In this document: positions 33,622 through 42,511 of the stretch, in pieces | How the letters are laid out: each line of letters opens with the position of its first letter | Position numbering within the stretch: the first letter of the stretch is position 1 | From: a virus | Length of the DNA: 64,000 nt | Virus record (IMG/VR): IMGVR_UViG_3300020172_001601 | Coordinates: 64,198-128,197 of that record | Reading direction: 5' to 3' (one strand) | Program-made: the position numbers and the translations under genes | Notes under the pieces: generated by a model | Seen by the model: the letters and a program-made list of their open reading frames with translations, nothing else | What the model was told of the DNA's origin: nothing | Database searches by the model: none

Positions 33622-34092
33622 ATGGACAAGGCGTTTGAATTTTTCCGTGACCAAATGCGAGGCATCAGGCATGGAGAAATCTCCACTGGCCTCATCGACA
33701 CAATCCGGGTGGAAGCATACGAGCAGCGATTGCCGCTCAAGCAACTGGCCTGGACCTCACCAGATAAAAACAACCGAATCCTAGTGTCACCGTATGACAC
33801 GGCTTTATTGGGAGCAATTGATCGTGCCATTAAAGCAGAAGGGTTCAACTCCTATGTTTTCTCCAAAACCCAGGTGGTAGTCAATTGTCCGGTTCGTAGT
33901 GGTGAAGATACAGAACGGGTGATCCAACAGATCAATAAGCTGGCCGAAGAAGCCAGAGTTGTGATTAGGAATATCCGAAAGAAGATTCGCCAAAAAGCCG
34001 AAGAGGATATAGACAAACCACTTCAAAAGTTGACGGATGAAAAGATCAAAGAAATCAATGATCTCGTTGACTACAAGGTGAAGTGCTTATGA
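33622..34092 (+). CDS. frr: ribosome recycling factor (RRF/Frr)-like
   Basis: GLIDTIRVEAYEQRLPLKQLA..ILVSPYD..IDRAIKA..ARVVIRNIRKK follows the RRF pattern. Confidence 0.7.
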   Translation: MDKAFEFFRDQMRGIRHGEISTGLIDTIRVEAYEQRLPLKQLAWTSPDKNNRILVSPYDTALLGAIDRAIKAEGFNSYVFSKTQVVVNCPVRSGEDTERVIQQINKLAEEARVVIRNIRKKIRQKAEEDIDKPLQKLTDEKIKEINDLVDYKVKCL

Positions 34093-34520
34093 CGCATCCG
34101 AATATGATCCCGGTCAGTTGTGCCAACTTAGACGAAATGCGTATGCTGGCACAGCAGATGCGTGCCTTGTGTCTCGTGGACCCTGATAAAGTCGAAGGAT
34201 ATACGGCCTCGACTACTAAGGAAGAATGCGACAAGCGTTCTTTGGATGTTCAGGCAGACATAATCGCAAGTGGTCATTTGCGATTCATTCACTACCCACC
34301 AGATGGTCGTATTGTGAATGTTGTATGCACGCTATTGGAACCTGAGAGTGGCGAAAAGGAATGGAACCTTTCCATGAGCCATGCCACTCTTGCCGGGCCG
34401 AGGCGAGTTGAAGACGATCTTGCCAAGATGATTTGTGAAGCGTTCTTGGATGACTTTTACCAAGAAGTTGATCCCAAGGCGTATTGGAAAAACGTGAGGC
34501 ATTTCATCAAGGCTGCGTGA
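34083..34520 (+). CDS. hypothetical protein
   Basis: 145-aa ORF overlapping RRF stop. Confidence 0.4.
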   Translation: MLMTHPNMIPVSCANLDEMRMLAQQMRALCLVDPDKVEGYTASTTKEECDKRSLDVQADIIASGHLRFIHYPPDGRIVNVVCTLLEPESGEKEWNLSMSHATLAGPRRVEDDLAKMICEAFLDDFYQEVDPKAYWKNVRHFIKAA

Positions 34521-35159
34521 AAAACACGATGGTTGGTTTTGGTTTGCGTCAATTATATTATGATTGACTGCTAAACCAGGGATAGGAACCGATGATGGAC
34601 TCTTTAGTGTAAGCAACACGCCCAGAGATGGCTTCAAAGGGAAATGCTTGGTAAATCCAATAGGCCACCAGTTCGCTGGGTTCTATGGGCTAGTCCGAGA
34701 GAGAGCGAGTCAAAGGGTGGTATTCCCTGTACGCAAATTGACAACGCCTACGGGATTAACGACCGGGGCCGATAGTCTAGCAGTCCTTCGGCAGTGGGTT
34801 TGACCCCCACAGGGACCAGCCATCGTGCTTTTAAGAAACGTGCCTACCATTGGCACATATGGAAAGGATCAATGGATATTTACAAACCTATTCGTGACGG
34901 GCCAAACAGCATTTTAATGCTCGTTTGGAGCTACGTTGAGAATCTAATGCCAACAATCTCAATGAGATTAGTTTGGATGCTCCCTGGCCACCGGAAAACC
35001 GAGATCAGGGTCAATGATTTGAGTGGTTCTTGGCACTGGCAGGCTGTCATGAGTGGGGATTCTGTCATAGAATAGCCGAACTAAGGTTCGCTCAAAGGGA
35101 GTGGACTCGAATAAGGCGAATAAAGGCAGAGCGGGACCACAGATTATCTGCTAACTATG

Positions 35160-35229
35160 CCCCGTCCGTTGGATAGCGGCGTCGAGTTTCCTAAACTTGA
35201 TAAATTGGTTCGATTCCAATACGGGGTAC
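35160..35229 (+). tRNA. tRNA-Arg (CCT), short D-arm
   Basis: Acceptor GCCCCGT/ACGGGGT; anticodon arm CGAGT-TTCCTAA-ACTTG. Confidence 0.6.
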
Positions 35230-35483
35230 TTTGGTTTGTCGGAAAGGATTGCCATGAAATATTGCACTTACGTTAGATTCCAAGGCATCCTGGGTTGGTT
35301 GCATGGATGGTTCTTAGTCGGTATTTCCGACGAACAACGAACATCTGGATATGTGACCGAGTTTGCCCACTTTGGAATCAAAGTGTTGCTGCTCGAAATG
35401 CAACCTCCACTAACGCCAAGATTTCATTTCGTTCCCAAGGGAGCGAAGATCATGGGATCAGGGACCATATCGGTATACAGAAT

Positions 35484-35831
35484 ATGAAAACAATTTTCGA
35501 TTACCTCGATCAACATGGCGTCATTGACGATGAGTCGGTGGCTTATGCGAAACCCGGTGACTATCCGTTCTCTCTGGAAGAGTTCAGGGCATTCACGGAT
35601 AAGATATGGGACGATGCAGGCGGCTGGGATTCATCCGACAAGTACGTTGTCGAAGGTGCATGTTTCGAGACGTATTACATTCCATTCGATATGGAAGGCA
35701 AAAAGTATTGTCTTCACATCATGTATGGACAAGGCTCTGCTTGGACCGTCTTTACGGAGGCCGAGCATATCGAAGCCGCCAAGCGACTTGCTGAATTGGA
35801 CCTGAAACTGGAGTTGGAAGACGATGAATAA
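35484..35831 (+). CDS. hypothetical protein
   Basis: ATG 35484; track start 35295 lay in tRNA region. Confidence 0.4.
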   Translation: MKTIFDYLDQHGVIDDESVAYAKPGDYPFSLEEFRAFTDKIWDDAGGWDSSDKYVVEGACFETYYIPFDMEGKKYCLHIMYGQGSAWTVFTEAEHIEAAKRLAELDLKLELEDDE

Positions 35832-36018
35832 GTGGCTTATATTTGCTCTCTTTTGTTTGTTGTTATTGGGATGCAAACACAAACCAACCAAGGTGACGAA
35901 TCCAACTCCTGGCGGCATTATTGTTGTAGACGAAGAAGGCAACGAATCAGAGTTCCTTCCTTTGACTGAAGATGAGTTTAAGAAACTCCAAGACGATTTG
36001 CGAAAGCAAAAACCATGA
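35824..36018 (+). CDS. small lipoprotein
   Basis: MNKWLIFALFCLLLLGC lipobox. Confidence 0.4.
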   Translation: MNKWLIFALFCLLLLGCKHKPTKVTNPTPGGIIVVDEEGNESEFLPLTEDEFKKLQDDLRKQKP

Positions 36019-36227
36019 ATCAATATGTGATCTACAAAAAGCCCAAGGACTACCCAACCAAGTTCGTGGTGCGGCTATGGATCATTGGTCCTGGAACGGC
36101 ACAAGCAGGACCATTGATCTGTACCGCAGATACAATTGAGGAAGCACGAGCGAGTATGCCAGATGGCGTCGATCAGCTTCCTACGTTTGATTCCGACGAT
36201 CCGGTGATCGCCGAAGTTTGGATGTAA
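36015..36227 (+). CDS. small hypothetical protein
   Basis: 70-aa ORF. Confidence 0.3.
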   Translation: MNQYVIYKKPKDYPTKFVVRLWIIGPGTAQAGPLICTADTIEEARASMPDGVDQLPTFDSDDPVIAEVWM

Positions 36228-36232
36228 GCTAT

Positions 36233-36309
36233 GTCCCCATAGCTCAACTGGATAGAGCAACAGCCTTCTAAGCTGTAGGTTGCAGGTTCGAGTCCTGCTG
36301 GGGATACCA
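36233..36309 (+). tRNA. tRNA-Arg (TCT) with encoded CCA
   Basis: Acceptor GTCCCCA/TGGGGAT; anticodon arm ACAGC-CTTCTAA-GCTGT; A73-CCA. Confidence 0.8.
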
Positions 36310-36327
36310 TAAAGAAAGAAAATAAAT

Positions 36328-36702
36328 ATGTCTTGGGAAGGAAAGCCAAAATGGAACGGAGAGTATGCCAGCTTCGGAAAAATAATGGGCAAACTTTTTC
36401 CTGTGATGGGTGTAGAGCCATTCGTGATTGCCATTGAAGGCAGCGACGATATGTTCTTTATGCTTTTCTCCGATGAGGAAAAGCTGCGAGAAACCAGCAC
36501 GAAATTCCTCAAGAAATTGGGCGCACCAGAGAACCTTTTGAGTGTGGGTCGTGTCACAAGTGAAGAGTTTGTCGATGCCATGATTTCAATGGGGATTCGA
36601 CTCATGTGCGATCCGGTGGTGATTGACGACCACCATACAAAATGGTTGGAGATCGTTCGCCAGGGCGACGTTTACAAATATGTCGATGCCCAATCCAATT
36701 GA
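36328..36702 (+). CDS. hypothetical protein
   Basis: 124-aa ORF. Confidence 0.4.
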   Translation: MSWEGKPKWNGEYASFGKIMGKLFPVMGVEPFVIAIEGSDDMFFMLFSDEEKLRETSTKFLKKLGAPENLLSVGRVTSEEFVDAMISMGIRLMCDPVVIDDHHTKWLEIVRQGDVYKYVDAQSN

Positions 36703-36821
36703 TGCTGGTTTGCAAATTTCCAAATCATATTTGGAAAGTATTGAGTCTGGGCGAAGGATTCAAAGCAAAACAATAGATAATTACCTGCGGCTGTTTTTCG
36801 TAAGAGAGATAGCTTTTGCAC

Positions 36822-36924
36822 GGTCGGGTAACTCAGCGGCAGAGTCATCAGTGAATCCGGGTGGTTTTATAGTTGCCATTGCGGAAAGCTGATGAGGTCG
36901 CAGGTTCGAGTCCTGCCCCGGCCA
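36822..36924 (+). tRNA. tRNA (possibly Phe, TGAA in loop) with ~30-nt insertion in the anticodon loop (103 nt)
   Basis: Acceptor GGTCGGG/CCCGGCC; D-arm ACTC..GAGT; anticodon stem CATCA/TGATG enclosing GTGAA-[TCCGGG...GCGGA]-AAGC; T-arm GCAGG-TTCGAGT-CCTGC. Confidence 0.5.
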
Positions 36925-36943
36925 CTTGTTATAATGGAGTGAT

Positions 36944-37025
36944 GGGGGTGAACCCAAATGGTTGCGGGAACCGCCTTATAAGCGGCTTACAGTCAGATAA
37001 ACTGAGTATACAAGGTTCGATTCCT
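36944..37025 (+). tRNA. type-II-like tRNA (3-bp D-stem, 24-nt variable arm) with anticodon TAT by position
   Basis: Acceptor GGGGGTG/CACCCCT; anticodon arm CCGC-CTTATAA-GCGG; T-arm CAAGG-TTCGATT-CCTTG. Confidence 0.5.
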
Positions 37026-37331
37026 TGCACCCCTACTCAAAGTTGCAATGGGCAAGAACAACAAATACCATAAATTCCCTCCCCGCAAGCAGGTTCCTGT
37101 CGGCGGGGTTTGTCTTTTGTGTCAATGCAATAGACAAGTGCGAATGGCAGCACGACCCTTCGTTAAGGGCAAGTCGATTTCTCATGCCCTTGGTTTTCCG
37201 GCTGCGATGCCTTTGCTTTCTCCCGGAATGATATTCAAAGGCGTCAATAACTTGACAGGTGAAGAAGAATCATTCAAAGTACAATGTGTATTGATTTTGA
37301 ATCCAGAACGTAGTTCAGTAGAAAGAATAAA

Positions 37332-38240
37332 ATGAACATCACACGCATTGCTCCGTCGCCGACCGGCGATATGCACATTGGCACTGCCAGAACCGCATAT
37401 TTCAACTGGCTCGCAGCACGGGCCAGCGGTGGTAAGTTCATTCTTCGGGTGGACGACACCGATCAGAAGCGAAACGATCCAGCCTATACAGAAGTCATTC
37501 TGTCCACAATGAAGTGGCTAGGTTTGGACTACGATGAGATCGTCTTCCAGAGTTCCAGATTCGACGTATACAAGGCCGCAGCGGGCTTGTTGATCCATGA
37601 AGGCTGGGCCGTTCCAAAAGATGGAGCCACGGTTTTTAACTTGAAGAAGGACCATGTTTTTCCTTCTCATTGGAAGGACGAAATCAAGGGCGACATCAAG
37701 ATCAGCGATGATGACATATCCCATATGGATGGGATGGTTCTCATTAAGTCTGATGGGAGTCCATCTTATAACTTTTGTTCGATTGTTGATGATTTGCACA
37801 TGGGGGTCAACCTAATCATCCGTGGAGTGGATCATATAACAAACACAGCAAAGCAGGTGATGCTTTGGGATGTCCTCAATAGCGGACAGACGATACCAAG
37901 GTTTGCCCACCTGGGTCTTATTTGCATTGATGGAAAGCCTATGTCCAAAAGAGACGGGGCATCGAGCATGTTGAATTACATGAACGCCGGATATGATTCC
38001 GACGCCATGTTGAATTTTCTTGCACGCCTTGGTTGGGGGCCAACAAAGGACGACAAGTCCACAACCCTATTGCCGAGAGACAAGATGCTTGAAATGTTTC
38101 TAACTTCGGGTAAGATGAGGAGTCAGCCAGCTAGTTTCGATTCTGGCAAATTGGAGTCGTTCGACCGCAAGTACAAGGCCCGTAAGGGGACTTGGCGAAC
38201 GGGCGACAAGTTGATTTCTGACACTAACAAAGAGGCATAG
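37332..38240 (+). CDS. glutamyl-tRNA synthetase catalytic core lacking the anticodon-binding domain (GluQRS-like architecture)
   Basis: APSPTGDMHIGTARTAYFNWL (HIGH region), RVDDTDQKRN, KPMSKRDG (KMSKS); 302 aa, ends where GluRS anticodon-binding domain would begin. Confidence 0.7.
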   Translation: MNITRIAPSPTGDMHIGTARTAYFNWLAARASGGKFILRVDDTDQKRNDPAYTEVILSTMKWLGLDYDEIVFQSSRFDVYKAAAGLLIHEGWAVPKDGATVFNLKKDHVFPSHWKDEIKGDIKISDDDISHMDGMVLIKSDGSPSYNFCSIVDDLHMGVNLIIRGVDHITNTAKQVMLWDVLNSGQTIPRFAHLGLICIDGKPMSKRDGASSMLNYMNAGYDSDAMLNFLARLGWGPTKDDKSTTLLPRDKMLEMFLTSGKMRSQPASFDSGKLESFDRKYKARKGTWRTGDKLISDTNKEA

Positions 38241-38242
38241 GC

Positions 38243-38527
38243 ATGAACGAGGGAACTAAACCTGACATTGAACTGGCAAAGGATAAGGCGTGCGAGCAAT
38301 TCGTTCGTCGTTGTCGGTATGCCATTTGTATCGAGAAGATCGACAACGCCGGTCTACATGCTGGTGCGCCGATGTACTTCTACTGCAAGGACTGTGGCAT
38401 TCCTACAGAAGTTTTGCCCGAAGACTATCTGTTTACGCCATTGCGTCAGTGTAGCCAATGCCAAGGTCTTCACCAACAAGGCTGGCTGGACCATGCCAAG
38501 TCTATGGCGAAGGATGACGACCTGTAG
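38243..38527 (+). CDS. small zinc-ribbon protein
   Basis: CKDCGI...CSQCQG. Confidence 0.35.
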   Translation: MNEGTKPDIELAKDKACEQFVRRCRYAICIEKIDNAGLHAGAPMYFYCKDCGIPTEVLPEDYLFTPLRQCSQCQGLHQQGWLDHAKSMAKDDDL

Positions 38528-38579
38528 TATCGAATGAATATCTCAGGGATATGTTATACCCCGGACATACTTTCGGTGC

Positions 38580-38607
38580 TTGACCGATAGTTAGTCCGGG
38601 GTATAAT
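38580..38607 (+). promoter_or_regulatory. sigma70-type promoter TTGACC-N16-GGGTATAAT inside a 12-bp inverted repeat
   Basis: Inverted repeat TATACCCCGGAC/GTCCGGGGTATA flanks the -35 region. Confidence 0.45.
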
Positions 38608-38615
38608 TATTTACT

Positions 38616-38849
38616 ATGGATAATGAACAAGTCGTAGAGACAGAAAAGAAACCTCTGACACTCAGAGATGTATGCTTGGGAGTGTTGGGCGTATTCGTGA
38701 TTCTGGCGATATTTGCCTTGCCTATTATGTTTCTGATGAATTTCCTGTTACCAGTTTTCGGTGTAGAGCGGCAGATTGACTACCAGCACTCGTTGGCGTT
38801 TGCGGTTCTTCTGTTTTGCATGGGGCGTTGCTTCAGCCCAGCCAAGTGA
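38616..38849 (+). CDS. small membrane protein
   Basis: Two hydrophobic helices. Confidence 0.35.
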   Translation: MDNEQVVETEKKPLTLRDVCLGVLGVFVILAIFALPIMFLMNFLLPVFGVERQIDYQHSLAFAVLLFCMGRCFSPAK

Positions 38850-38850
38850 T

Positions 38851-38879
38851 TTTACAACTGAAGCAAATCAGGGTATAAT
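38851..38879 (+). promoter_or_regulatory. sigma70-type promoter TTTACA-N17-GGGTATAAT
   Basis: Supports ATG 38890 as the real start of the next gene. Confidence 0.5.
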
Positions 38880-38889
38880 CCGGGCTGTC

Positions 38890-39258
38890 ATGAAAAAAAC
38901 CGATGCCTACAAATTCTTGAATTCGTTGGTGGAAAAGTATCCGAGCGATGCGGCTCCGATGCTGATTGACATCATTGTGGACTATTTGCTGTTCCCAAAA
39001 GGTGACGGCACCAGTCCCCAACTTACTGGCATTGACCAAAAAGTTGCTGAAATGATGGTTGATTCGAGTCGCAAGATTGAGGCTGTGAAATACGTTCGGG
39101 AGCAACTGCAATGTGGTCTTAAAGAAGCCAAGGACTATGTTGAGCAACGAGTGTGGCCTGCTGGCGTCGGTCCTCAAAGTGAAAAGGCTTTAGAACTACA
39201 ATCCCGATATGTACAATCGGTTTTGGACAAAATTCGTGTTGATTATAACGTAGGGTGA
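38890..39258 (+). CDS. protein with ribosomal protein bL12 (L7/L12) C-terminal domain
   Basis: IEAVKYVREQLQCGLKEAKDYVEQ aligns with bL12 CTD [25 protein letters not shown]; N-terminal half unrelated. Confidence 0.5.
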   Translation: MKKTDAYKFLNSLVEKYPSDAAPMLIDIIVDYLLFPKGDGTSPQLTGIDQKVAEMMVDSSRKIEAVKYVREQLQCGLKEAKDYVEQRVWPAGVGPQSEKALELQSRYVQSVLDKIRVDYNVG

Positions 39259-39264
39259 TATTGC

Positions 39265-39837
39265 ATGGCTGGATCGTTAGAAAGATTCGACTTCCAAGGT
39301 CGAAGTCTTGTGCGTGATGTATTCATTGAAACTGGCACTTACCTGGGCCAGACTTCGGAGAATGCGGCTCGTGCGGGGTTCAAGCATGTCCATACCATCG
39401 AAGTCTCCGACAGGATATTTGCACTGGCTCAAGAGCGATTTGCAGGCCGAACAGACGTGACGCCACATCACGGCTCCAGCCCTAATGTGCTGCCAAGCCT
39501 TTGCGATCCTAAATTGTCAACTGTGTTTTATCTGGACGGCCATTACCAAGGTGGGCCGCTTGATGAAAATGATCCGTTGGTTGGGGAATGTCCTCTGATA
39601 TTGGAGTTGGATATTATTCGAGCGGTGGCTTGGGAAAAGTTGCCAGTCATCATAATTGATGACTCGAAGATATTCACTATTGCGGCTGAAAGTCGTGATG
39701 ACTATTTGAAAAACTGTCATCTTGATCCGGTCTTTTGGCCAAGTTATCAACAGGTGATTGATGCGTTGGGACCGGCCTATACGGTCTACGAAGAAGATGA
39801 TAGGCTGTACTGCATACCTGGGGATGACAATGAGTGA
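39265..39837 (+). CDS. putative SAM-dependent methyltransferase (TylF/Methyltransf_24-like)
   Basis: ETGTYLG glycine motif and VFYLDGHYQGG. Confidence 0.35.
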   Translation: MAGSLERFDFQGRSLVRDVFIETGTYLGQTSENAARAGFKHVHTIEVSDRIFALAQERFAGRTDVTPHHGSSPNVLPSLCDPKLSTVFYLDGHYQGGPLDENDPLVGECPLILELDIIRAVAWEKLPVIIIDDSKIFTIAAESRDDYLKNCHLDPVFWPSYQQVIDALGPAYTVYEEDDRLYCIPGDDNE

Positions 39838-40090
39838 CATGCCAAGGGCGTCTTGGATTCATCGTGTTGATGCCCGCCGATTTCATTCGGCGGCAAGAAT
39901 GATGGAAGACGATTTGGAAGGTGCCTACTTGACCTGTAGGGAAAAGTACGGTGCAGAAGTGGCTGGAGTAGTGTTGGTCACAATACTCCGACAAAAATTG
40001 AACAACAATCAAGACCAATGGCCTCCACCGGAAGACCTTATTCGCAAGGTGAACAACTTTCTCGTGGAACACGGCTTAATGATTGATTGA
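39824..40090 (+). CDS. hypothetical protein
   Basis: ATG 39824 overlapping previous stop. Confidence 0.35.
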   Translation: MTMSDMPRASWIHRVDARRFHSAARMMEDDLEGAYLTCREKYGAEVAGVVLVTILRQKLNNNQDQWPPPEDLIRKVNNFLVEHGLMID

Positions 40091-40134
40091 ATTTGTTGAC
40101 TGGATGTGGGGTGCGAACCTCACCATGACATAGT

Positions 40135-41880
40135 GTGTCTGGTCAAATAACTCGAAAGGCAATGGTGATTACGATGGCTAACAAGAATCTATTCAAGTCT
40201 GAGCGTGGCTCAATTGTTCCAGCAACGGACGTTCTCAACGAAGCTGGTGGTGTTGCATACAAGATGAGTGCAAAGCAGGCCCTTGCGCAGTACGTCTGCA
40301 CTGGCTGCTTGAACGGCACCTACTACACGTCTGCCAAGACGCAACTGGACACTGTTCGTCAGTTGCTTACTGAAGTCGAGCCTGAGTTCCTTGGTCAGTT
40401 GGCTGTGTACTCGCACGAAAAGTCCTTCATGAAGGACTTGCCTGCTCTGTTGGTCGCATTCCTCGCATCCGACAAGGGTGCTGGTGGTGGTCCAACTACG
40501 GCTACGCAGGAGCGAAAGCTGAAGACGCTCCGTAAGGTTTTCCATCGTGTCATCGACAGCGGCAACATGCTGCGCAACTTTGTGCAGATGATCCGTTCGG
40601 CAGCATTCGGTCGCAAGTCATTCGGTGAAGTGCCTCGCAAGCTGATTCGTGACTGGTTCGAGAATAAGTCTCCGGCTGGTATTTTCTTCCAGAGCATTGG
40701 CAATAGCCCATCCCTGGCAGATATTATCAAGCTGACCAAGCCGAAGCCGAACACGCCTGAAAAGGCGGCTGTATTGGCGTATCTGCTTGGTGCAGAAACC
40801 GTTGACGGCGAAGATGGCAAGTTGCTTGTTCGCAAGTATCTTGACCGTGCCGACAAGCAGGTGAAGGTTGCGTACTCGCAGCCTTACGACAACCTGCCGG
40901 AAATCATTCGTGAATACGAAGCGTGGAAGAAGGACAAGAGCCTCCCGGTTCCTGCCATCAACTTCCGCTTCCTGGACAACGAGAAGCTGTCAACTGCTCA
41001 GTGGGCAGATATTGCTTCCAAGGCAAACTGGCTTACGACCCTGAAGAACCTCAACGCATATGCCGACCACGGCGTATTCGGCGTTGAAGGCATGACTGAC
41101 ATGATCGCCGCACGTCTCAGCAATGCTGATGAAGTGCGTAAGGTTCGGGTATTCCCATACCAGATCATGATGGCCTACCTCGCAACCGATACGGAAGCGA
41201 AAGTACCGCCCAAGGTCCGTAACGCCATTCAGGATGCTATGGAAGTGGCATGTGAAAACGTACCAGCGTTGGGAAAGGTTAAGTTCTTCCCGGACGTGTC
41301 TGGTTCGATGAGGAGCGCTGCTATTACGGGCGACCGTGGTTCGGCGACTTCTAAGGTTCGGTGTGTTGACGTGGCTGCTCTGTTCGCAGTGGCAATGCTT
41401 CGTCGCAACCCGGAAGCGGAAGTAATTCCGTTCGAGCAGACGGTTCGTGAACTTACACTGAACCCTCGTGACAGCATCATGACCAACGCTACTCGCCTCG
41501 CAGCGATTGGCGGTGGTGGAACCAACTGTTCGGCCCCACTTGCTTTGCTCAACGCAAAGAAGGATTGGTCGGCAGACGTGTTGGTGTATATTTCGGACTA
41601 TGAGTCCTGGGTGGATAGCACTGGCTACCACGCTGGTAATGGCAACGGTACAGCACTGCTCAATGAGTGGGTGAAGTACAAGAGCCATAACAAGAATGCC
41701 AAGCTGATTTGCATCGACTTGACCCCTCGTGCAAACCATCAGGTCAAGGAACGTGATGATATTCTCCAGGTCGGTGGATTCTCGGACAACGTATTCAACG
41801 TGATCGCAAGGTTCGTTGAAGGCGGCTGGTCGAAGGATTTTTGGGTCAAGGAGATTGAAAGCGTTCAACTGGATACTTAA
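40135..41880 (+). CDS. rsr: Ro60 ortholog (Rsr): TROVE domain plus vWA domain with MIDAS
   Basis: NEAGGVAY..LAQYVCTGCLNGTYY matches Ro60 N..GG...L..F..G..GTYY; VRVFPYQIMMAY; MIDAS DVSGSM; GGGGTNCSAPL. Confidence 0.85.
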   Translation: MSGQITRKAMVITMANKNLFKSERGSIVPATDVLNEAGGVAYKMSAKQALAQYVCTGCLNGTYYTSAKTQLDTVRQLLTEVEPEFLGQLAVYSHEKSFMKDLPALLVAFLASDKGAGGGPTTATQERKLKTLRKVFHRVIDSGNMLRNFVQMIRSAAFGRKSFGEVPRKLIRDWFENKSPAGIFFQSIGNSPSLADIIKLTKPKPNTPEKAAVLAYLLGAETVDGEDGKLLVRKYLDRADKQVKVAYSQPYDNLPEIIREYEAWKKDKSLPVPAINFRFLDNEKLSTAQWADIASKANWLTTLKNLNAYADHGVFGVEGMTDMIAARLSNADEVRKVRVFPYQIMMAYLATDTEAKVPPKVRNAIQDAMEVACENVPALGKVKFFPDVSGSMRSAAITGDRGSATSKVRCVDVAALFAVAMLRRNPEAEVIPFEQTVRELTLNPRDSIMTNATRLAAIGGGGTNCSAPLALLNAKKDWSADVLVYISDYESWVDSTGYHAGNGNGTALLNEWVKYKSHNKNAKLICIDLTPRANHQVKERDDILQVGGFSDNVFNVIARFVEGGWSKDFWVKEIESVQLDT

Positions 41881-41905
41881 AATATATCCAGCTAGGTTTG
41901 GCTGG

Positions 41906-41937
41906 GGACCGGGTTGCCGGTCCTCGGCCTGCTTTTT
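41906..41937 (+). terminator. hairpin plus T-run after Ro60 gene
   Basis: GGACCGG-GTTG-CCGGTCC then TCGGCCTGCTTTTT. Confidence 0.45.
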
Positions 41938-42058
41938 GGCGGTAGCTCAATGGTAGAGCAAAAGTAAAAACAAATCTAAGCGATATTTGGGCTTCGGCCA
42001 TGCAGTTTGGATTACATTATCCAACTTTAGGTTGTGTGTTCGATTCACACCCCGCCAG
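41936..42058 (+). ncRNA. tRNA-like RNA with ~55-nt structured insert, about 55 nt downstream of Ro60 stop (Y-RNA-like candidate; alternatively an intron-bearing tRNA)
   Basis: Acceptor TTGGCGG/CCGCCAG, canonical D-arm GCTC-AATGGTA-GAGC, T-arm GTGTG-TTCGATT-CACAC; helix AAAGT/ACTTT encloses insert with ATATTTGGGCTTCGGCCATGC and ATGCAGTTTGGATTACATT hairpin, homologous to 15802-15926. Confidence 0.5.
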
Positions 42059-42205
42059 CTTCCAGCAGACTTTTATTTTCAGGTGATATATGGCTAAAGG
42101 CAATAACTCTCAGAAGAATGACAAGAAAGACAAAAAGCAACCCAAGAACGCTAAGAAGGCAGCAGCAAATCAGCCCGCTGTTATTGGCAAGTCTAAGGGT
42201 AAGTA

Positions 42206-42511
42206 ATGCCGAAAAGGACAAAACATCCTGACGGCTCTTTGTGTCTTGAAGGAATTCGCAGCATTCGTCGCAACAAGCAAGTCTGTTGCGACGAATTTTA
42301 CTTCCGCACTGCAACTTGTGTTTACGACATTAGGTATCAGTGGTATAATCGCCACAAGACTTGGGGCATTCCTGTTTGCGATGGCGGGAGTAGCTTCATT
42401 GCCATAACCTTCTGTCCACACTGCGGAGCGAAATGTGATCCCCGTCAAAGAAGACAAACTCCGACCAGTCCTGGCCACAATGACAGGGACCAGAGCCGAA
42501 GGCTTGCTTAG
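42206..42511 (+). CDS. small zinc-ribbon protein
   Basis: C..C...CPHCGAKC. Confidence 0.35.
   Translation: MPKRTKHPDGSLCLEGIRSIRRNKQVCCDEFYFRTATCVYDIRYQWYNRHKTWGIPVCDGGSSFIAITFCPHCGAKCDPRQRRQTPTSPGHNDRDQSRRLA
42321..42349 (+). promoter_or_regulatory. sigma70-type promoter TTTACG-N17-TGGTATAAT
   Basis: Conserved architecture; inside previous small ORF, upstream of 42435. Confidence 0.45.

Noticed and set aside
34745-34830. Candidate tRNA or tmRNA 3' end (GTGGG-TTTGACC-CCCAC-AGGGACCAGCCA)
   Set aside because: No matching 5' acceptor strand or D-arm within 300 nt on either strand. Left as an unexplained T-arm-like hairpin.
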